A stretch of 64,000 bases of DNA from Verrucomicrobiota bacterium. Lineage in GTDB: Bacteria; Verrucomicrobiota; Verrucomicrobiia; Opitutales; Cerasicoccaceae. The position numbers and the translations under genes are program-made. Numbering within the stretch: the stretch's first letter is position 1; each line of letters begins with the position of its first letter. The notes under the pieces were generated by a model, which was given only the letters and a program-made list of their open reading frames with translations, was not told the origin of the DNA and searched no databases. The stretch covers positions 160,001-224,000 of the forward strand of contig JBCBUK010000001.1 of NCBI GenBank assembly GCA_039818205.1, in the 5' to 3' direction. This document shows positions 1-10,811 of this stretch, one piece after another.

Positions 1-3000
1 CGAACGTCCCGATACCCCAGGTGTTGGCAACAATCCACAAGGGCATCACCAAGCTGGCTGTATGCGTTTTGATGCTGACGGTAATCTTCTCATCAGCATT
101 GGAGACAACACTGACGCCAGCGGATTTGCACCGCGCAACGACAACCGCTTGATCAAAGACGCCCGCCGCGCATCGGCCAACACCAACGACCTGCGTGGAA
201 AGATCATCCGAATCAAGCCAGACGTCGGTCAAGGACCCGCCGCCCATCCCAACTACACCATTCCAGCTGGGAACCTCTTTTCACAGACGACCTCAACGGA
301 GCGCGCCGAAATCTATGTCATGGGTGCGCGAAATCCCTTTCGCTTTAGCATCGATCCACACACTGGATGGCTCTACTACGGCGATGTCGGCCCAGACGCA
401 CTTAACGACGGAGGCGGTTCGTTTCAGGGACCAGCTGGCCACGATGAATTCAATCAAGTGCGAAGCGCAGGAAACTTTGGTTGGCCCTACTACATCGGTT
501 TCAACCGCGCTTATCGCGATGGCTCCGGCAACGAATGGACACCAGCAACCATAAGCTCCGATCTGAATTCATATTTCAATCGCATCGGCGTCACCGCAGA
601 AACAACAATTCCCTCCCCGTTGCCAGCTTGGATAACCTACACCTATCTTAACCACCTTGGGTTTCCCGAGATGCGCAAACAGGCTGAAGGCATTCGCGAA
701 GGTCGCGCCGTTATGGCTGGTCCGGTTTACGAATGGCGCGCAGGTGCCAGCGACAATGCTTTTCCGCGCTATCACGACAAGACAGTGTTTCTCTTTGACT
801 TTACCCGTGGTCTCGTCGCTGAAGCCAAAACCGATTCTGACGGAAACCTGCTCGACCTGAAACGCTTCCTTCCAAATCAAGGTTTCTCCGGGCCTATCGA
901 TATGATGTTTGGTCCCGACGGAATGCTTTACTATATCGAGCTCTACAACGGAAGTCTCCGCCGAATAGCCTACTCGGCCGGCAATCTGCGACCTACCGCC
1001 ATCGCTTCAGCCGACCAAACCTCTGGGCCACTTCCGTTGTCCGTTCAGTTTACTGGCGATCTATCCAGCGACCAAGAAGATGGAAGTAACCTGACCTATT
1101 CCTGGGATTTTGGTGACGGCACGCCTAACTCTAGTCTTCCTAACCCCAGCTACGTCTACCAGTTCCCAGGCACCTACAACGTGCAGCTTGTAGTCACGGA
1201 TACTGATGGGCTCTCCGCGAATACCAACTTGACGATCTATGCCGGCAACTCGGCCCCAACGATCGCATTCGACGCACCCTACAACAACTCATTCTTCGAT
1301 TGGGGAGATGATATCGGATTCGACATCGTAATTACCGACGCAGAGGATGGCTCAAGTGCCAATGGCGCCATCGACCCGGCCAATGTTTTGTTTGAAGGCT
1401 CTTTAGGACACGTTCGGCACCAACACAATGAATCGCAGATCAACGCGCTCCGCGGAACCGACGATGTCGCTCGCGACGACTCTCACGGTTTTGACGATGA
1501 CGTTTACTACGTCTTTGATGCGTATTTTACCGACCAAGGAGCCCCAGGTGTCGGACCAATCTCAGTGCAAGCAACCTCGACGTTGCGTCCCAAGATCTTG
1601 ATGGCTCAATTGTTTGACGAAAACCAAGGCGTGACCATCCAAGCTACACAGGACCCACTGGGCGGCGTCGAAGACGTATCGAGTATCGATGATGGAGACT
1701 GGATCTGCTTCCAGGCATTAAACCTCTACCAGATTGAAGCGTTGCGCTTCCGCTTAGCATCGGTCTTTGGAGGAACGATCGAGGTTCGATCCGGCTCGCC
1801 GACAGGACCACTACTGGCGACTGCAAGTGTTTCTCCCACAGGCGGCAATGATCAATATACCGATACCACGGTTTCCATCGCCGGGACCTCGACGCCGATC
1901 GACCTATACTTCGTTTTTGAGAACACCTCCAACCCAAGCGATATCTTTCGTCTAAACTGGATTGGATTCCGCGGACAAGGCGCGACGACCTACGCTGGGC
2001 TTCCTCAGCTCACCGAGGCACGTATGTTGTCGTCGAATTTCATCAACCTCGTGTTTGACCAAGCCATGGATTACGCGACGACAAGTGACCCCAGCAACTA
2101 CTCGCTGGACAATGGAGCCACGGTTACGGATGTCACAATTTCTCCGGATCAGGAATCGGTCACGCTGACCACCACTACCCTAGCAAACGGCAACTATTAC
2201 AACCTGTCGGTATCGGGTTGCGAGGACCTAGCAGGAGATGCCATCGCGGACAGTTCATTTGTCTTGTTTAATTCCAATATCCAAGACGCCTTCTTCCTGG
2301 GCATCAATGCCGGAGGTACTCAGTATGAAGACAGCGAGGGACGGGTTTGGTTTGGTGAAATTGCCAGTGTTGCTTCCAGCCGCCTGATCAACGTCGACTT
2401 CAATGACTCAACGCCAGAGAACATGTCTGGGCCAGCCGCCGTTGGCAACAGCGGCGATCTCTGGAATAGCATCTCAGTGAGTGGCGGGTGGACATCGATC
2501 AACGGAAACAACCTAACTAGAGCAAACGGAGGCACGAGTAACATCTCGATGAATCTCTCTAGCTTTGAAAGTTCCGGTGGAGCATTGGATGGCTTCTTCT
2601 TCGAGCAAGGCGACCTACCTGACTCAAACATTGCCACATCTATCGAGTCATTGACCAGCGACTATACCTACATGCCGAATACCAACAATTCGGGGAACAA
2701 CAGTTCCAATGCAGGCGCCTATTTCATATTTACCCTTACTGGACTCGATACCAATTTAGACTACGACCTTTACCTCTACGGTTCTGCTGACGGCAGCAAT
2801 CAAGGCGCACGATTCACCTACAACGGTGTCTCACGATCAACGGTCAATAGCACCACCAACCGAACCGATCCAGTCGAGGGTGAAGACTATGTTGTCTTCA
2901 ACAGCGCCCGCCCCGCCTCTGATGGTTCGATCACAGTAAGGATTGAAAACAACGGTGCCGGCACCCAATGGTTCAACATCGCTGGCTTTCAATTGTTCAT

Positions 3001-3835
3001 CGACGATGGAACTTCAACCCCAGTCAACTACCATAGCACGAGCAATACATTCTCGAATGGAGATTCGATTTCCGGAACCGATGACGACCCGCTTTACCAA
3101 AGTGAACGCTGGGCCACTACAGACATCGACTACACCATTCCGATTGAGAGCGGAACTTACGATGTGACCCTCAAATTCGCAGAAATCTTTTTCACCAGCA
3201 GCAATTCGCGATTGTTCAACGTTCAGATTGAGGGCGGCGGTAATATCTTTTCCCCAGACCTCGATATATATGCCCAAGCGGGTCACGATACCGCCTTGGA
3301 TCACGTCATCCGCGATGTCACCGTCATCGATGGATCGCTGGACATCAGCATTGTCGATGTCGGCGAAGAAAACCCCAAGATCTCGGCCATCGCGATTGAA
3401 CGCCCAGCCAAACAAGACTTACCCGACGATTCATTTGCAGAGTTCATAAGTATTCACTATACTCGCCCCGTCGGTTTAGCCACCAATGACGAAAACGACC
3501 AGCAAGGCCTTCTCGAAGAATATGCCTTTGGGAATGATCCATTTGTGAGCGACAACGTTATACTTGATTTAACCTCCAGTGGAGCTGATTTCGACTTTGC
3601 CTTTGAGCGTCCGATTGGACTCATCGACTTGGAGTATACCATTGAAGTCTCTCCAAACCTATTGGACTGGTTTGACCTTTCGATGACTCCCCAAACTTCC
3701 CCGATCGACGGAACAATGGAGCGCGTTACCTATAGTGATCTTGAATCCGCCGTGGCATCAATACCGGGTTTTGTTATTGAGAACGGTATGTTTGTTCGCA
3801 TCAATGTGTCACTTACGCCCATTCCCGCGGAATAG
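1..3835 (+). CDS. Secreted multidomain protein, 5'-truncated by the window: PQQ-type glucose/sorbosone dehydrogenase-like propeller, PKD, CBM6, Ig-like, uncharacterised beta domain, malectin, C-terminal verrucomicrobial module
   Basis: Frame is open from base 2 (ERPD...HHQAGCMRFD). Motifs: DLRGKIIRI, MGARNPFRFSID, GDVGPD, GNFGWPY; PKD YSWDFGDG; CBM6 IDDGDWI/GGTIEVRSGSPTG; malectin DDPLYQSER/VTLKFAEIFF/RLFNVQIEG. Confidence 0.85.
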   Translation, partial: ERPDTPGVGNNPQGHHQAGCMRFDADGNLLISIGDNTDASGFAPRNDNRLIKDARRASANTNDLRGKIIRIKPDVGQGPAAHPNYTIPAGNLFSQTTSTERAEIYVMGARNPFRFSIDPHTGWLYYGDVGPDALNDGGGSFQGPAGHDEFNQVRSAGNFGWPYYIGFNRAYRDGSGNEWTPATISSDLNSYFNRIGVTAETTIPSPLPAWITYTYLNHLGFPEMRKQAEGIREGRAVMAGPVYEWRAGASDNAFPRYHDKTVFLFDFTRGLVAEAKTDSDGNLLDLKRFLPNQGFSGPIDMMFGPDGMLYYIELYNGSLRRIAYSAGNLRPTAIASADQTSGPLPLSVQFTGDLSSDQEDGSNLTYSWDFGDGTPNSSLPNPSYVYQFPGTYNVQLVVTDTDGLSANTNLTIYAGNSAPTIAFDAPYNNSFFDWGDDIGFDIVITDAEDGSSANGAIDPANVLFEGSLGHVRHQHNESQINALRGTDDVARDDSHGFDDDVYYVFDAYFTDQGAPGVGPISVQATSTLRPKILMAQLFDENQGVTIQATQDPLGGVEDVSSIDDGDWICFQALNLYQIEALRFRLASVFGGTIEVRSGSPTGPLLATASVSPTGGNDQYTDTTVSIAGTSTPIDLYFVFENTSNPSDIFRLNWIGFRGQGATTYAGLPQLTEARMLSSNFINLVFDQAMDYATTSDPSNYSLDNGATVTDVTISPDQESVTLTTTTLANGNYYNLSVSGCEDLAGDAIADSSFVLFNSNIQDAFFLGINAGGTQYEDSEGRVWFGEIASVASSRLINVDFNDSTPENMSGPAAVGNSGDLWNSISVSGGWTSINGNNLTRANGGTSNISMNLSSFESSGGALDGFFFEQGDLPDSNIATSIESLTSDYTYMPNTNNSGNNSSNAGAYFIFTLTGLDTNLDYDLYLYGSADGSNQGARFTYNGVSRSTVNSTTNRTDPVEGEDYVVFNSARPASDGSITVRIENNGAGTQWFNIAGFQLFIDDGTSTPVNYHSTSNTFSNGDSISGTDDDPLYQSERWATTDIDYTIPIESGTYDVTLKFAEIFFTSSNSRLFNVQIEGGGNIFSPDLDIYAQAGHDTALDHVIRDVTVIDGSLDISIVDVGEENPKISAIAIERPAKQDLPDDSFAEFISIHYTRPVGLATNDENDQQGLLEEYAFGNDPFVSDNVILDLTSSGADFDFAFERPIGLIDLEYTIEVSPNLLDWFDLSMTPQTSPIDGTMERVTYSDLESAVASIPGFVIENGMFVRINVSLTPIPAE

Positions 3836-3870
3836 AATCTAAACAAACCTTTCGCGATTCGATCATATTG

Positions 3871-4713
3871 CTAAAGACGAATCGAATCACGGTATTGGCT
3901 TGGCGATATCGAAAACTCCCTTTTGAAGCTCGCGTAGAATTGGCTCAAGCTGCCGAAGCCGCAGGCCATGGCAATATCGAGCACGACCCGGTTGGTACTT
4001 GCGAGTAGGTATTTTGCGTGGTCGAGACGATACCTCAAAAGAAACTGATGCAAGGTAATCCCGACAATCCGCGAGAACAAAGAACGCGCGTAATTTGCGT
4101 TTAGCTTCACCGACTCACCAATATCTTTCACTTGAATCGGCTGTTGAAAGTTATGGATGATGAAATGAATCATCTCGATCGCCTTATCCACGCCGCCCCC
4201 AACCCGTTCGACATGATTTACCGAGGTGTGCGCAGATCGCTCGATCGCTTTCTCAGCGAGCATATGGAGACTGCCCATGATGAAATGGTTTTCGGCGCGC
4301 CCGAACTTATTGTTAGCATGATCGGATCTCGGGAGCCAGCGCTTAAGGTTCGACAGGGCCTCATCGACTGAGCCTTGCCGAGACAGCCGAAAACATTCAC
4401 CGGCCAGGATGCTTTGAGTAAACCCGGTGGGAAGCTCTGCATTGAGAAAGTAATGCAGCGGAATATAAGAGATAAATCCGTTTCCCGGCGGACTTACCTG
4501 AAGCAACTGATGTGGTATACAGCCCCAAAATATTGCTACCTCGTCAGCGTTGAAAACAATTGTTTCCTGATTGAACTTTCTAATGAACGGACCATCGCTC
4601 ATCGAAAAGATCTCAATTTCTAAATGCCGATGCGGCATCTCCATCGGAGCGATTCGATCGATCCGGCCCCGCAAGCCAAAAGGATAAAAATCATCTGTGG
4701 GTAATCTACTCAT
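3871..4713 (-). CDS. AraC-family transcriptional regulator (MelR-like cupin + HTH)
   Basis: HRHLEIEI and FWGCIPHQL cupin; C-terminal IAMACGFGSLSQFYASFKR. Start moved to MSRLPTDD (4713). Confidence 0.9.
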   Translation of the reverse strand: MSRLPTDDFYPFGLRGRIDRIAPMEMPHRHLEIEIFSMSDGPFIRKFNQETIVFNADEVAIFWGCIPHQLLQVSPPGNGFISYIPLHYFLNAELPTGFTQSILAGECFRLSRQGSVDEALSNLKRWLPRSDHANNKFGRAENHFIMGSLHMLAEKAIERSAHTSVNHVERVGGGVDKAIEMIHFIIHNFQQPIQVKDIGESVKLNANYARSLFSRIVGITLHQFLLRYRLDHAKYLLASTNRVVLDIAMACGFGSLSQFYASFKREFSISPSQYRDSIRL

Positions 4714-4832
4714 TCGATTCTGCGGATATCGGATAGATTCGTGCGTAAACAACACGACCTGAACGAGGAAATCCGGTAAACTAGAGCCTCCCAAGTATAC
4801 CTCAATCCAATAAGCCAAAATATCTCCATACT

Positions 4833-7352
4833 ATGTTAATCAAACGAATCCCTCCTAACCCAGGGAAGCTTTTAGCGTTCCTGGGTGTCTTGTTCATTGC
4901 TTGCTGTCAGCAAGGTTTTGCGCAGAAGCAAATCGCCTATATTCACGGAGACGTAGCTCCTGACGGCACAGTCCCCTCGGGCCCCGCAAATCCATACGAT
5001 CAGATGCTGCTGACCGATTCCGGCAATACGGGTATGTCCCTGTTCAAAGCGATGGTCGAAGCCGAAGGCTACATCATCAACCAATACTACGACCAGAACA
5101 CCACGCTGAACGCGAGCTTCCTAAACCAGTTCGATGTCGTGATTTTCGGTCTTCATCAGAAGATCTGGTCGGCCTCCGAAAAGTCTGCTCTAGACACCTG
5201 GATCCGTGCCGGCGGTGGCATGCTTATCTACAGCGACTCGGCATCCGGTGGATTCTTCCAAAGCGTCGGCGCACAGAACCCAGTTGGCCAGACCGTCACC
5301 AACAACTTGATCTCAACCTATGGGATGCAAGTTACGGTGGACCAGGCAAACGGAACCAAAGCGTATCGTTCTGGACCGTCACCAACTCACCCAATTGTAG
5401 CCGGTCGTCCAATTTTTGAGGGCGAAGGCGTTTCACCGGTTGCGGTTGCTGCGAACTCGGGGGTTGAGATTTTGATCCCCTATGAGAACAACCCCAATTA
5501 CACGGTCTCAGGGAGCGCAAATATTCCGCACCAGCAAAACATCACGATTTCGAATCCTAGCTTTGCCGCACTAGCGTTGAAGCCCTTAGGCAACGGAAAC
5601 CTCATCGTTCAGTTCGACCGTCAACCGATGTGGAACAATGGCCCCGGCTCAAGTATTATCAAGCGCGACAACGAAGAAATCCTTCGGCGCATCGTGCGTT
5701 TCCTTGCGGGTGACCTTGGAAACAATTCCGGAAACCTGAGCGTCTCTGCGCGTTCCGAGCTTCTCATCGCCCAATCGGGAGTTGCGAACTTGAGTGCTTC
5801 GGTGACTGGTGGAACTCCGACAGCCTCGTCCTGGTCCAAAGTCTCGGGTCCTGGCAGTGTGACGTTCGGCAACAGTGGTGCATTCAACACGACCGCATCT
5901 TTCAGTCTACCCGGGCAATACCAACTGCAGTTCAGTGCCTCCAACGGTTCAACCAACTTTGTTGATACGGTGGACATCGAAGTCGTCAACGGCACTTCGG
6001 TACTGCATGCAATCAACTGCGGTTCGGGAATCCTGAGCGCCACAACCGGTATCAGCTACACCGCGGATAACTTTTTCACTGGCGGACATATCGATGCCTT
6101 TGGCGGAAACGCCGTGAGCGGGACTCAAGACGATGCCCTCTATAACAACGCACGCTCAGCGGCGAGTTCTTACAATGTTCCTGTCGCCAACGGAAGCTAT
6201 ACGGTGCTCCTACAATTTGCGGAAACATTCTTCACCGCAAACAATCAACGGATTTTTGACGTCGCGATCGAAGGCACGACCGTGCTCGACAATCTCGATC
6301 TTCACGCTCAAGCCCCTGGCAAGTTCAACGCTTACGATGCTATTTTCGATGTCACGATCACCGACGGGAGCCTAGACTTAGCATTCAGCGCCTCGGCCAA
6401 CAATATGCTTCTCAATGCATTCGTTGTCGTTGAAAGCGCCTCGCTATCGCTTCCGGGACGTATCGAGTCTGAAGACTTTGACCAAGGTGGTCAGAATGTC
6501 GCCTACTTCGACACGAGCGCGGGTAACTCCGGCGGTCAATACCGTTCAACCGACGTCGACATCCAGATTGCGAGCGAGGGCGGCTTCAATGTTGGCTGGA
6601 TTGCACAGAATGAGTATCTGAACTACACCGTCAATGTCGCGGAAACAGGCGTCTACGACTTCACCTTCCGCGTAGCGTCAGCCCAAAGCACCGGCAAGAC
6701 TCTCCATATCGAAGTTGATGGCGTTGACGTTTCTGGACCAGTCAATTTCAACACTGGCGGAGCCGGTTGGCAGTCCTGGCAGAACGTCGTGGCAACCAAC
6801 ATCAACCTGACCGCTGGCGCCAACCAGGAACTCCGAGTCGTGATGGACACTGGTGGCTTCAACATCAACTACGTCGATGCCGTCCTTGTTCCGATGAGCA
6901 ACCAACCAGTTCGAATTGAAGCCGAGGACTTCGATGACGGCGCCAATGGTGTTGCCTACTCGGATACGACTGCCGGCAACTCGGGTAACCAGTATAGAAC
7001 CACGGACGTAGACATCGAAGTGTCGAGCGAAGGTGGCTTCAATGTCGGATGGATTGCCGCTGGCGAGTATCTAAACTACACGGTCGATATCAATGCCTCA
7101 GGCAGTTACGACTTCACCTTCCGGGTCGCGAGCCTGGCTAGCACTGACAAGACTTTCCATGTCGAAGTAGATGGAGTCAACGTGACCGGGCCGATCACCT
7201 TCAACACAGGGGGTGCGGGTTGGCAATCATGGCAAAACGCAACCGCATCAAATGTAAGTCTAACGGCTGGTATTGGGCGAGAAATCCGCATCGTTATGGA
7301 TACGGGTTCGTTCAACATCAACTATTTTGAGATCGCGCCAAGCGGTCAGTGA
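4833..7352 (+). CDS. Secreted glycan-active protein: uncharacterised N-terminal alpha/beta domain, PKD-like, malectin, two tandem CBM6
   Basis: Signal peptide; WIRAGGGMLIYSD (GATase-like fold); WSKVSGPGSVTF; LQFAETFF...RIFDVAIEG; two RIE(S/A)EDFDxG...NVGWI...YTV modules. Confidence 0.8.
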   Translation: MLIKRIPPNPGKLLAFLGVLFIACCQQGFAQKQIAYIHGDVAPDGTVPSGPANPYDQMLLTDSGNTGMSLFKAMVEAEGYIINQYYDQNTTLNASFLNQFDVVIFGLHQKIWSASEKSALDTWIRAGGGMLIYSDSASGGFFQSVGAQNPVGQTVTNNLISTYGMQVTVDQANGTKAYRSGPSPTHPIVAGRPIFEGEGVSPVAVAANSGVEILIPYENNPNYTVSGSANIPHQQNITISNPSFAALALKPLGNGNLIVQFDRQPMWNNGPGSSIIKRDNEEILRRIVRFLAGDLGNNSGNLSVSARSELLIAQSGVANLSASVTGGTPTASSWSKVSGPGSVTFGNSGAFNTTASFSLPGQYQLQFSASNGSTNFVDTVDIEVVNGTSVLHAINCGSGILSATTGISYTADNFFTGGHIDAFGGNAVSGTQDDALYNNARSAASSYNVPVANGSYTVLLQFAETFFTANNQRIFDVAIEGTTVLDNLDLHAQAPGKFNAYDAIFDVTITDGSLDLAFSASANNMLLNAFVVVESASLSLPGRIESEDFDQGGQNVAYFDTSAGNSGGQYRSTDVDIQIASEGGFNVGWIAQNEYLNYTVNVAETGVYDFTFRVASAQSTGKTLHIEVDGVDVSGPVNFNTGGAGWQSWQNVVATNINLTAGANQELRVVMDTGGFNINYVDAVLVPMSNQPVRIEAEDFDDGANGVAYSDTTAGNSGNQYRTTDVDIEVSSEGGFNVGWIAAGEYLNYTVDINASGSYDFTFRVASLASTDKTFHVEVDGVNVTGPITFNTGGAGWQSWQNATASNVSLTAGIGREIRIVMDTGSFNINYFEIAPSGQ
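6459..7340 (+). repeat. Intragenic tandem duplication of the CBM6 module, 453-bp period
   Basis: RIESEDFD at 6459 and RIEAEDFD at 6912; near-identical translated modules. Confidence 0.9.
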
Positions 7353-7414
7353 GTAAGCAAGTGGATGTGCTTTGCAGGCAAACGAACCAGTTTACCTGCC
7401 TTGGTTAGATAAGT

Positions 7415-7449
7415 GGTCTCGCCAGCAATTGCTGGCGAGACCTTTCTTT
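7415..7449. terminator. Intrinsic terminator between convergent genes
   Basis: Perfect palindrome ggtctcgccagcaattgctggcgagacc followed by tttcttt. Confidence 0.75.
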
Positions 7450-7473
7450 GGTAGTATCGCTCAACCAATTAAC

Positions 7474-8484
7474 TTAAAGGAATGGATAATCATTACTCAA
7501 TAAGCCATCTTTCTTCAACATCCTCCAAAACTCTGACGGTAAACTTTGCTCAACAAAGCTTACGTTATCGGCCACTCGCTCGGGCCGACTCGTATTCAAG
7601 GCCAATGAGACGACTCCCGGAACACTCAGACCAAACTGACAACAAGCCAAGGCCGGGCTAACGTTGTGACGTTCACAGATGGCGAAGAATCGATCGCGCC
7701 AGTCAAATAACTCAGGGTCGCTTTCGGGTGACACTTCTCGGTAATCAAACCACTTCCCTCCGATTAGAAACCCCGCATTGAATACCGCAGAATTAATCAT
7801 CACAACACCGGCGGCGTTAAGTCTGCTCATAAACTCCAGCAGCTCCATTGGATGCGAATACAAGGTGAAGCTGTTTGCAAACATGACCCAGTCCAAGGGA
7901 ACGCCGTCATCAAACAATCTCTGAATGAGTCGCCAGTCTTTGGATCCGACGCCAACGCCAATTACCTGTTCTGACTGTCGCAACTGAGATAAGGCTCGGT
8001 AGCTATCAAGCACTCGATCGTAGCGTTTTTTCTGCTCTTCCTCACTCGAAGCCCGGGCGATAAACTCATCGGGGTCGTGCACCGATACCAACTGAGAACA
8101 GTAGTCCCCAAGCAGCTCATTTCCTTGCTCAAAGCATTCGAACATCTCGTCGTATCCCATGCATTCGACGACATCGTGGTCGATGTCGATCCACAAGCCG
8201 CAGTCGAATGTTGGCTCTGGACCCGACATCGGAACCCGTTTCCATCCGATCTTGTTGCTGATGACAACTCGCTTCTGGGGAACGTCTAAATCCTTCAGGC
8301 AACGTCCAATACTCTCCAAGGCCAAACCCGCTCCGTATTTACCGGCTGAGTCGATGACAGCAAGATTCGGCTGATGCCTGAGCCATTGCTCAACGATCAA
8401 TCGCTTCTTCTCATAGGGAACTGCTTCGTAGAGGTTACCCAGAGCACTGGAACCATAAACTATTTTGGGAATTTCAATATTCAT
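7474..8484 (-). CDS. Aldo/keto reductase (D-threo-aldose 1-dehydrogenase-like)
   Basis: [39 protein letters not shown]. Confidence 0.85.
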   Translation of the reverse strand: MNIEIPKIVYGSSALGNLYEAVPYEKKRLIVEQWLRHQPNLAVIDSAGKYGAGLALESIGRCLKDLDVPQKRVVISNKIGWKRVPMSGPEPTFDCGLWIDIDHDVVECMGYDEMFECFEQGNELLGDYCSQLVSVHDPDEFIARASSEEEQKKRYDRVLDSYRALSQLRQSEQVIGVGVGSKDWRLIQRLFDDGVPLDWVMFANSFTLYSHPMELLEFMSRLNAAGVVMINSAVFNAGFLIGGKWFDYREVSPESDPELFDWRDRFFAICERHNVSPALACCQFGLSVPGVVSLALNTSRPERVADNVSFVEQSLPSEFWRMLKKDGLLSNDYPFL

Positions 8485-8496
8485 GGATCACTTGAT

Positions 8497-9252
8497 CTAA
8501 AAGCCAATCGATGCGCCACCATCCACCGGCAGGACAACGCCGGACACAAACTTTGCCGCCGAACTACAGAGATACACTGCAGCGTTACCGATGTCATCTG
8601 GATCACCAAACCGACCCATCGGAGTCCGCCCAAGAATCTTGTTCTTGCGGGCGTCATCACCTTGGAGGGCCTGATGGAGCATGGGAGAGTCGATCCATCC
8701 TGGCGCGATCGCATTCACCCGAACTCCTTCGCCAGCAAGCTCCGCGGTCAATGAGCGAGTCATACCAACCAAGGCTGATTTTGCGGCGGAATAAGCGACG
8801 ACAGAGGGCATACCGATCAATGCGGTCATCGACGCCACAAACAAGACACTACCCCCGCCCCGCCTCTGCATCCCTGGAACGACGGCCCTTGTTAGGGCTT
8901 GGGCCGCTGCCACATGGGTCAGCAGGACCTGATCGAATTCCTCCGGGGTGGTCTCTACCAAAGGCTTTTTCAGATGCACGCCCGCATTGTTCACCAGGAT
9001 GCTAAGGTCACCAATTTGCTCAACGAGCGCTCTAGCACTTTCGCGTTTGCAGACATCGTGAACCATGTAGCTCGCAGACTTCCCTAAAGTCTCAGCAGCA
9101 TCCGCCAACACGACCTCTCGCCGCCCAACAATTGTGACTCTCGCGCCGGCGTCGATCATACTCTTAGCGATTCCGAAACCAAGACCGGAACCGCCTCCGG
9201 TGATCAATGCTGATTCACCCTCAAGAGAAAATGGATTGTTCAAAGACTGCAT
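8497..9252 (-). CDS. Short-chain dehydrogenase/reductase (gluconate 5-DH/KduD-like)
   Basis: [29 protein letters not shown]. Start moved to MQSLNN. Confidence 0.9.
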   Translation of the reverse strand: MQSLNNPFSLEGESALITGGGSGLGFGIAKSMIDAGARVTIVGRREVVLADAAETLGKSASYMVHDVCKRESARALVEQIGDLSILVNNAGVHLKKPLVETTPEEFDQVLLTHVAAAQALTRAVVPGMQRRGGGSVLFVASMTALIGMPSVVAYSAAKSALVGMTRSLTAELAGEGVRVNAIAPGWIDSPMLHQALQGDDARKNKILGRTPMGRFGDPDDIGNAAVYLCSSAAKFVSGVVLPVDGGASIGF

Positions 9253-9266
9253 AAATTCAAATTCGG

Positions 9267-10484
9267 TCAGGCTCGGCACCCCTCAATCAGGCTGGGTACG
9301 TCTTGGTGTTTGTAGGGGATGAAATACTCCCGATGGCCTAATGCTTCCGGCTTACTGGGCTGGCCACCTGCCACGCTGACAACGAGTTCGAGAAGCTCAC
9401 CCGCTGCTTCTTGGAGGCTTATCTCGCCATTGAGAACTCGCCCGGCATCAAAATCCATATCGTCCGACATGCGAGTATACGTTCGGCTGTTCCCTGTAAC
9501 TTTTACCAGGGGTGCGATTGGGCTGCCAATAACACTACCTCGTCCAGTTACAAAAAGTACGATCTGGGCACCAGCGGAAATGAGATCCATCAAACCTTCG
9601 CTATCATTCGGGTTCGTATATCCAAACTGCATATAATGCTCGTCGGGAACTGAATCCATTAGCCACAAGCCCGCGTGAACCGGTGCTTGGGACACCTTGA
9701 TCACGCCTTCAATTGGCTTCGATCCGCTTTTGGCAAATGCACCCAAACTCTTTTCCTCAATGGTCGTTAAACCGCCAGCAAAGTTTCCCGGAGAGGCTGA
9801 AAACTGGCGCACTTCGCGACAGTAACGCTCGGCCTTGTCATAAGTTGCTGCTAGTTCGGCGGCGACTTGTTCGCTTCTGGCCCGGCTTAGGAGAATATCT
9901 TTCAAGCCAATCTGCTCGACTATTTCCTCAAACACCACCGTGCCACCCGCATCAACTATTCGATCAAAGAGGCGACCAACTACCGGGTTACCAACCAGTC
10001 CAGAGGTCGCATCAGATCCGCCACATTCGCAGCCGACAACCAGATCCTTTACGCCCATCGGAACTTCTTCCAATTGGCCAACTGACTCATCCTTGAGGGT
10101 TCGAAGGACCGCTTTTCCTCGGGTGATGCTCGCCTTGGTGCCACCCGCATCCTGGATAAAAAAGTGAGCACTGGGCCGGCCCGATGCCTCAACGACCTCG
10201 GCAATGCGTCCAGGCTGGGTGTATTCGCAGCCAAGACCAACGCTCAGTACCGCGCCCACATTTGGGTGCCGCGCCAGTGCAAGCATCAACCGGATCGCGT
10301 AAGCATTGTCGTAGCAACCGGGAAAGCCAATAACATGTACCTCCTCCTCACCCTGACTAATTGCATGAGCCACAAATTTCGCGCACTCAACCGTGTAGAC
10401 AACCAGCGTGATGTTCCGGATACCGACACGACCATCCGCGCGCCGGTACCCCTTCCAAGATCGTGTTGACGGACACTCAGACAT
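9267..10484 (-). CDS. UxaA/GarD-family sugar-acid dehydratase, large subunit
   Basis: [56 protein letters not shown]. True start MSECPS at 10484. Confidence 0.9.
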   Translation of the reverse strand: MSECPSTRSWKGYRRADGRVGIRNITLVVYTVECAKFVAHAISQGEEEVHVIGFPGCYDNAYAIRLMLALARHPNVGAVLSVGLGCEYTQPGRIAEVVEASGRPSAHFFIQDAGGTKASITRGKAVLRTLKDESVGQLEEVPMGVKDLVVGCECGGSDATSGLVGNPVVGRLFDRIVDAGGTVVFEEIVEQIGLKDILLSRARSEQVAAELAATYDKAERYCREVRQFSASPGNFAGGLTTIEEKSLGAFAKSGSKPIEGVIKVSQAPVHAGLWLMDSVPDEHYMQFGYTNPNDSEGLMDLISAGAQIVLFVTGRGSVIGSPIAPLVKVTGNSRTYTRMSDDMDFDAGRVLNGEISLQEAAGELLELVVSVAGGQPSKPEALGHREYFIPYKHQDVPSLIEGCRA

Positions 10485-10806
10485 ATTGCGTGTCAGTTGG
10501 CGCTCCGGAATGACCATCGAGCGTATTGGATCGTTCATCGTAGTTGCTCGCGCAGTTGTGCAAATGAACCCAATCACCTTTAGAGATTGCGTTGGCCGCA
10601 TACCCGATCGCCTTGCCATATTTAACGACGGCCTCGCCAGCCTCAATGTCACACAGCGCCACTTTATGCTGCGCCTTGATCTCTTCGATCGACATAACCT
10701 GCTGCTGTTCCGCGACTCCCCGCAAGAGTATCTTCGCTCCCACGGGGCAATCGACCAGAGCGGTAGCGACATTGTCGCGATTGTTTATTTTAAACGCAGT
10801 ATGCAT
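10477..10806 (-). CDS. SAF-domain small subunit of the UxaA-family dehydratase
   Basis: [33 protein letters not shown]. Confidence 0.9.
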   Translation of the reverse strand: MHTAFKINNRDNVATALVDCPVGAKILLRGVAEQQQVMSIEEIKAQHKVALCDIEAGEAVVKYGKAIGYAANAISKGDWVHLHNCASNYDERSNTLDGHSGAPTDTQYV

Positions 10807-10811
10807 TGCAC

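Noticed and set aside
10485..10772. N-terminal extension of the 501-aa UxaA ORF, possible frameshift fusion with the SAF gene
   Set aside because: The extension overlaps the real SAF gene in another frame; split two-subunit UxaA-family enzymes are common and the large subunit has its own ATG.
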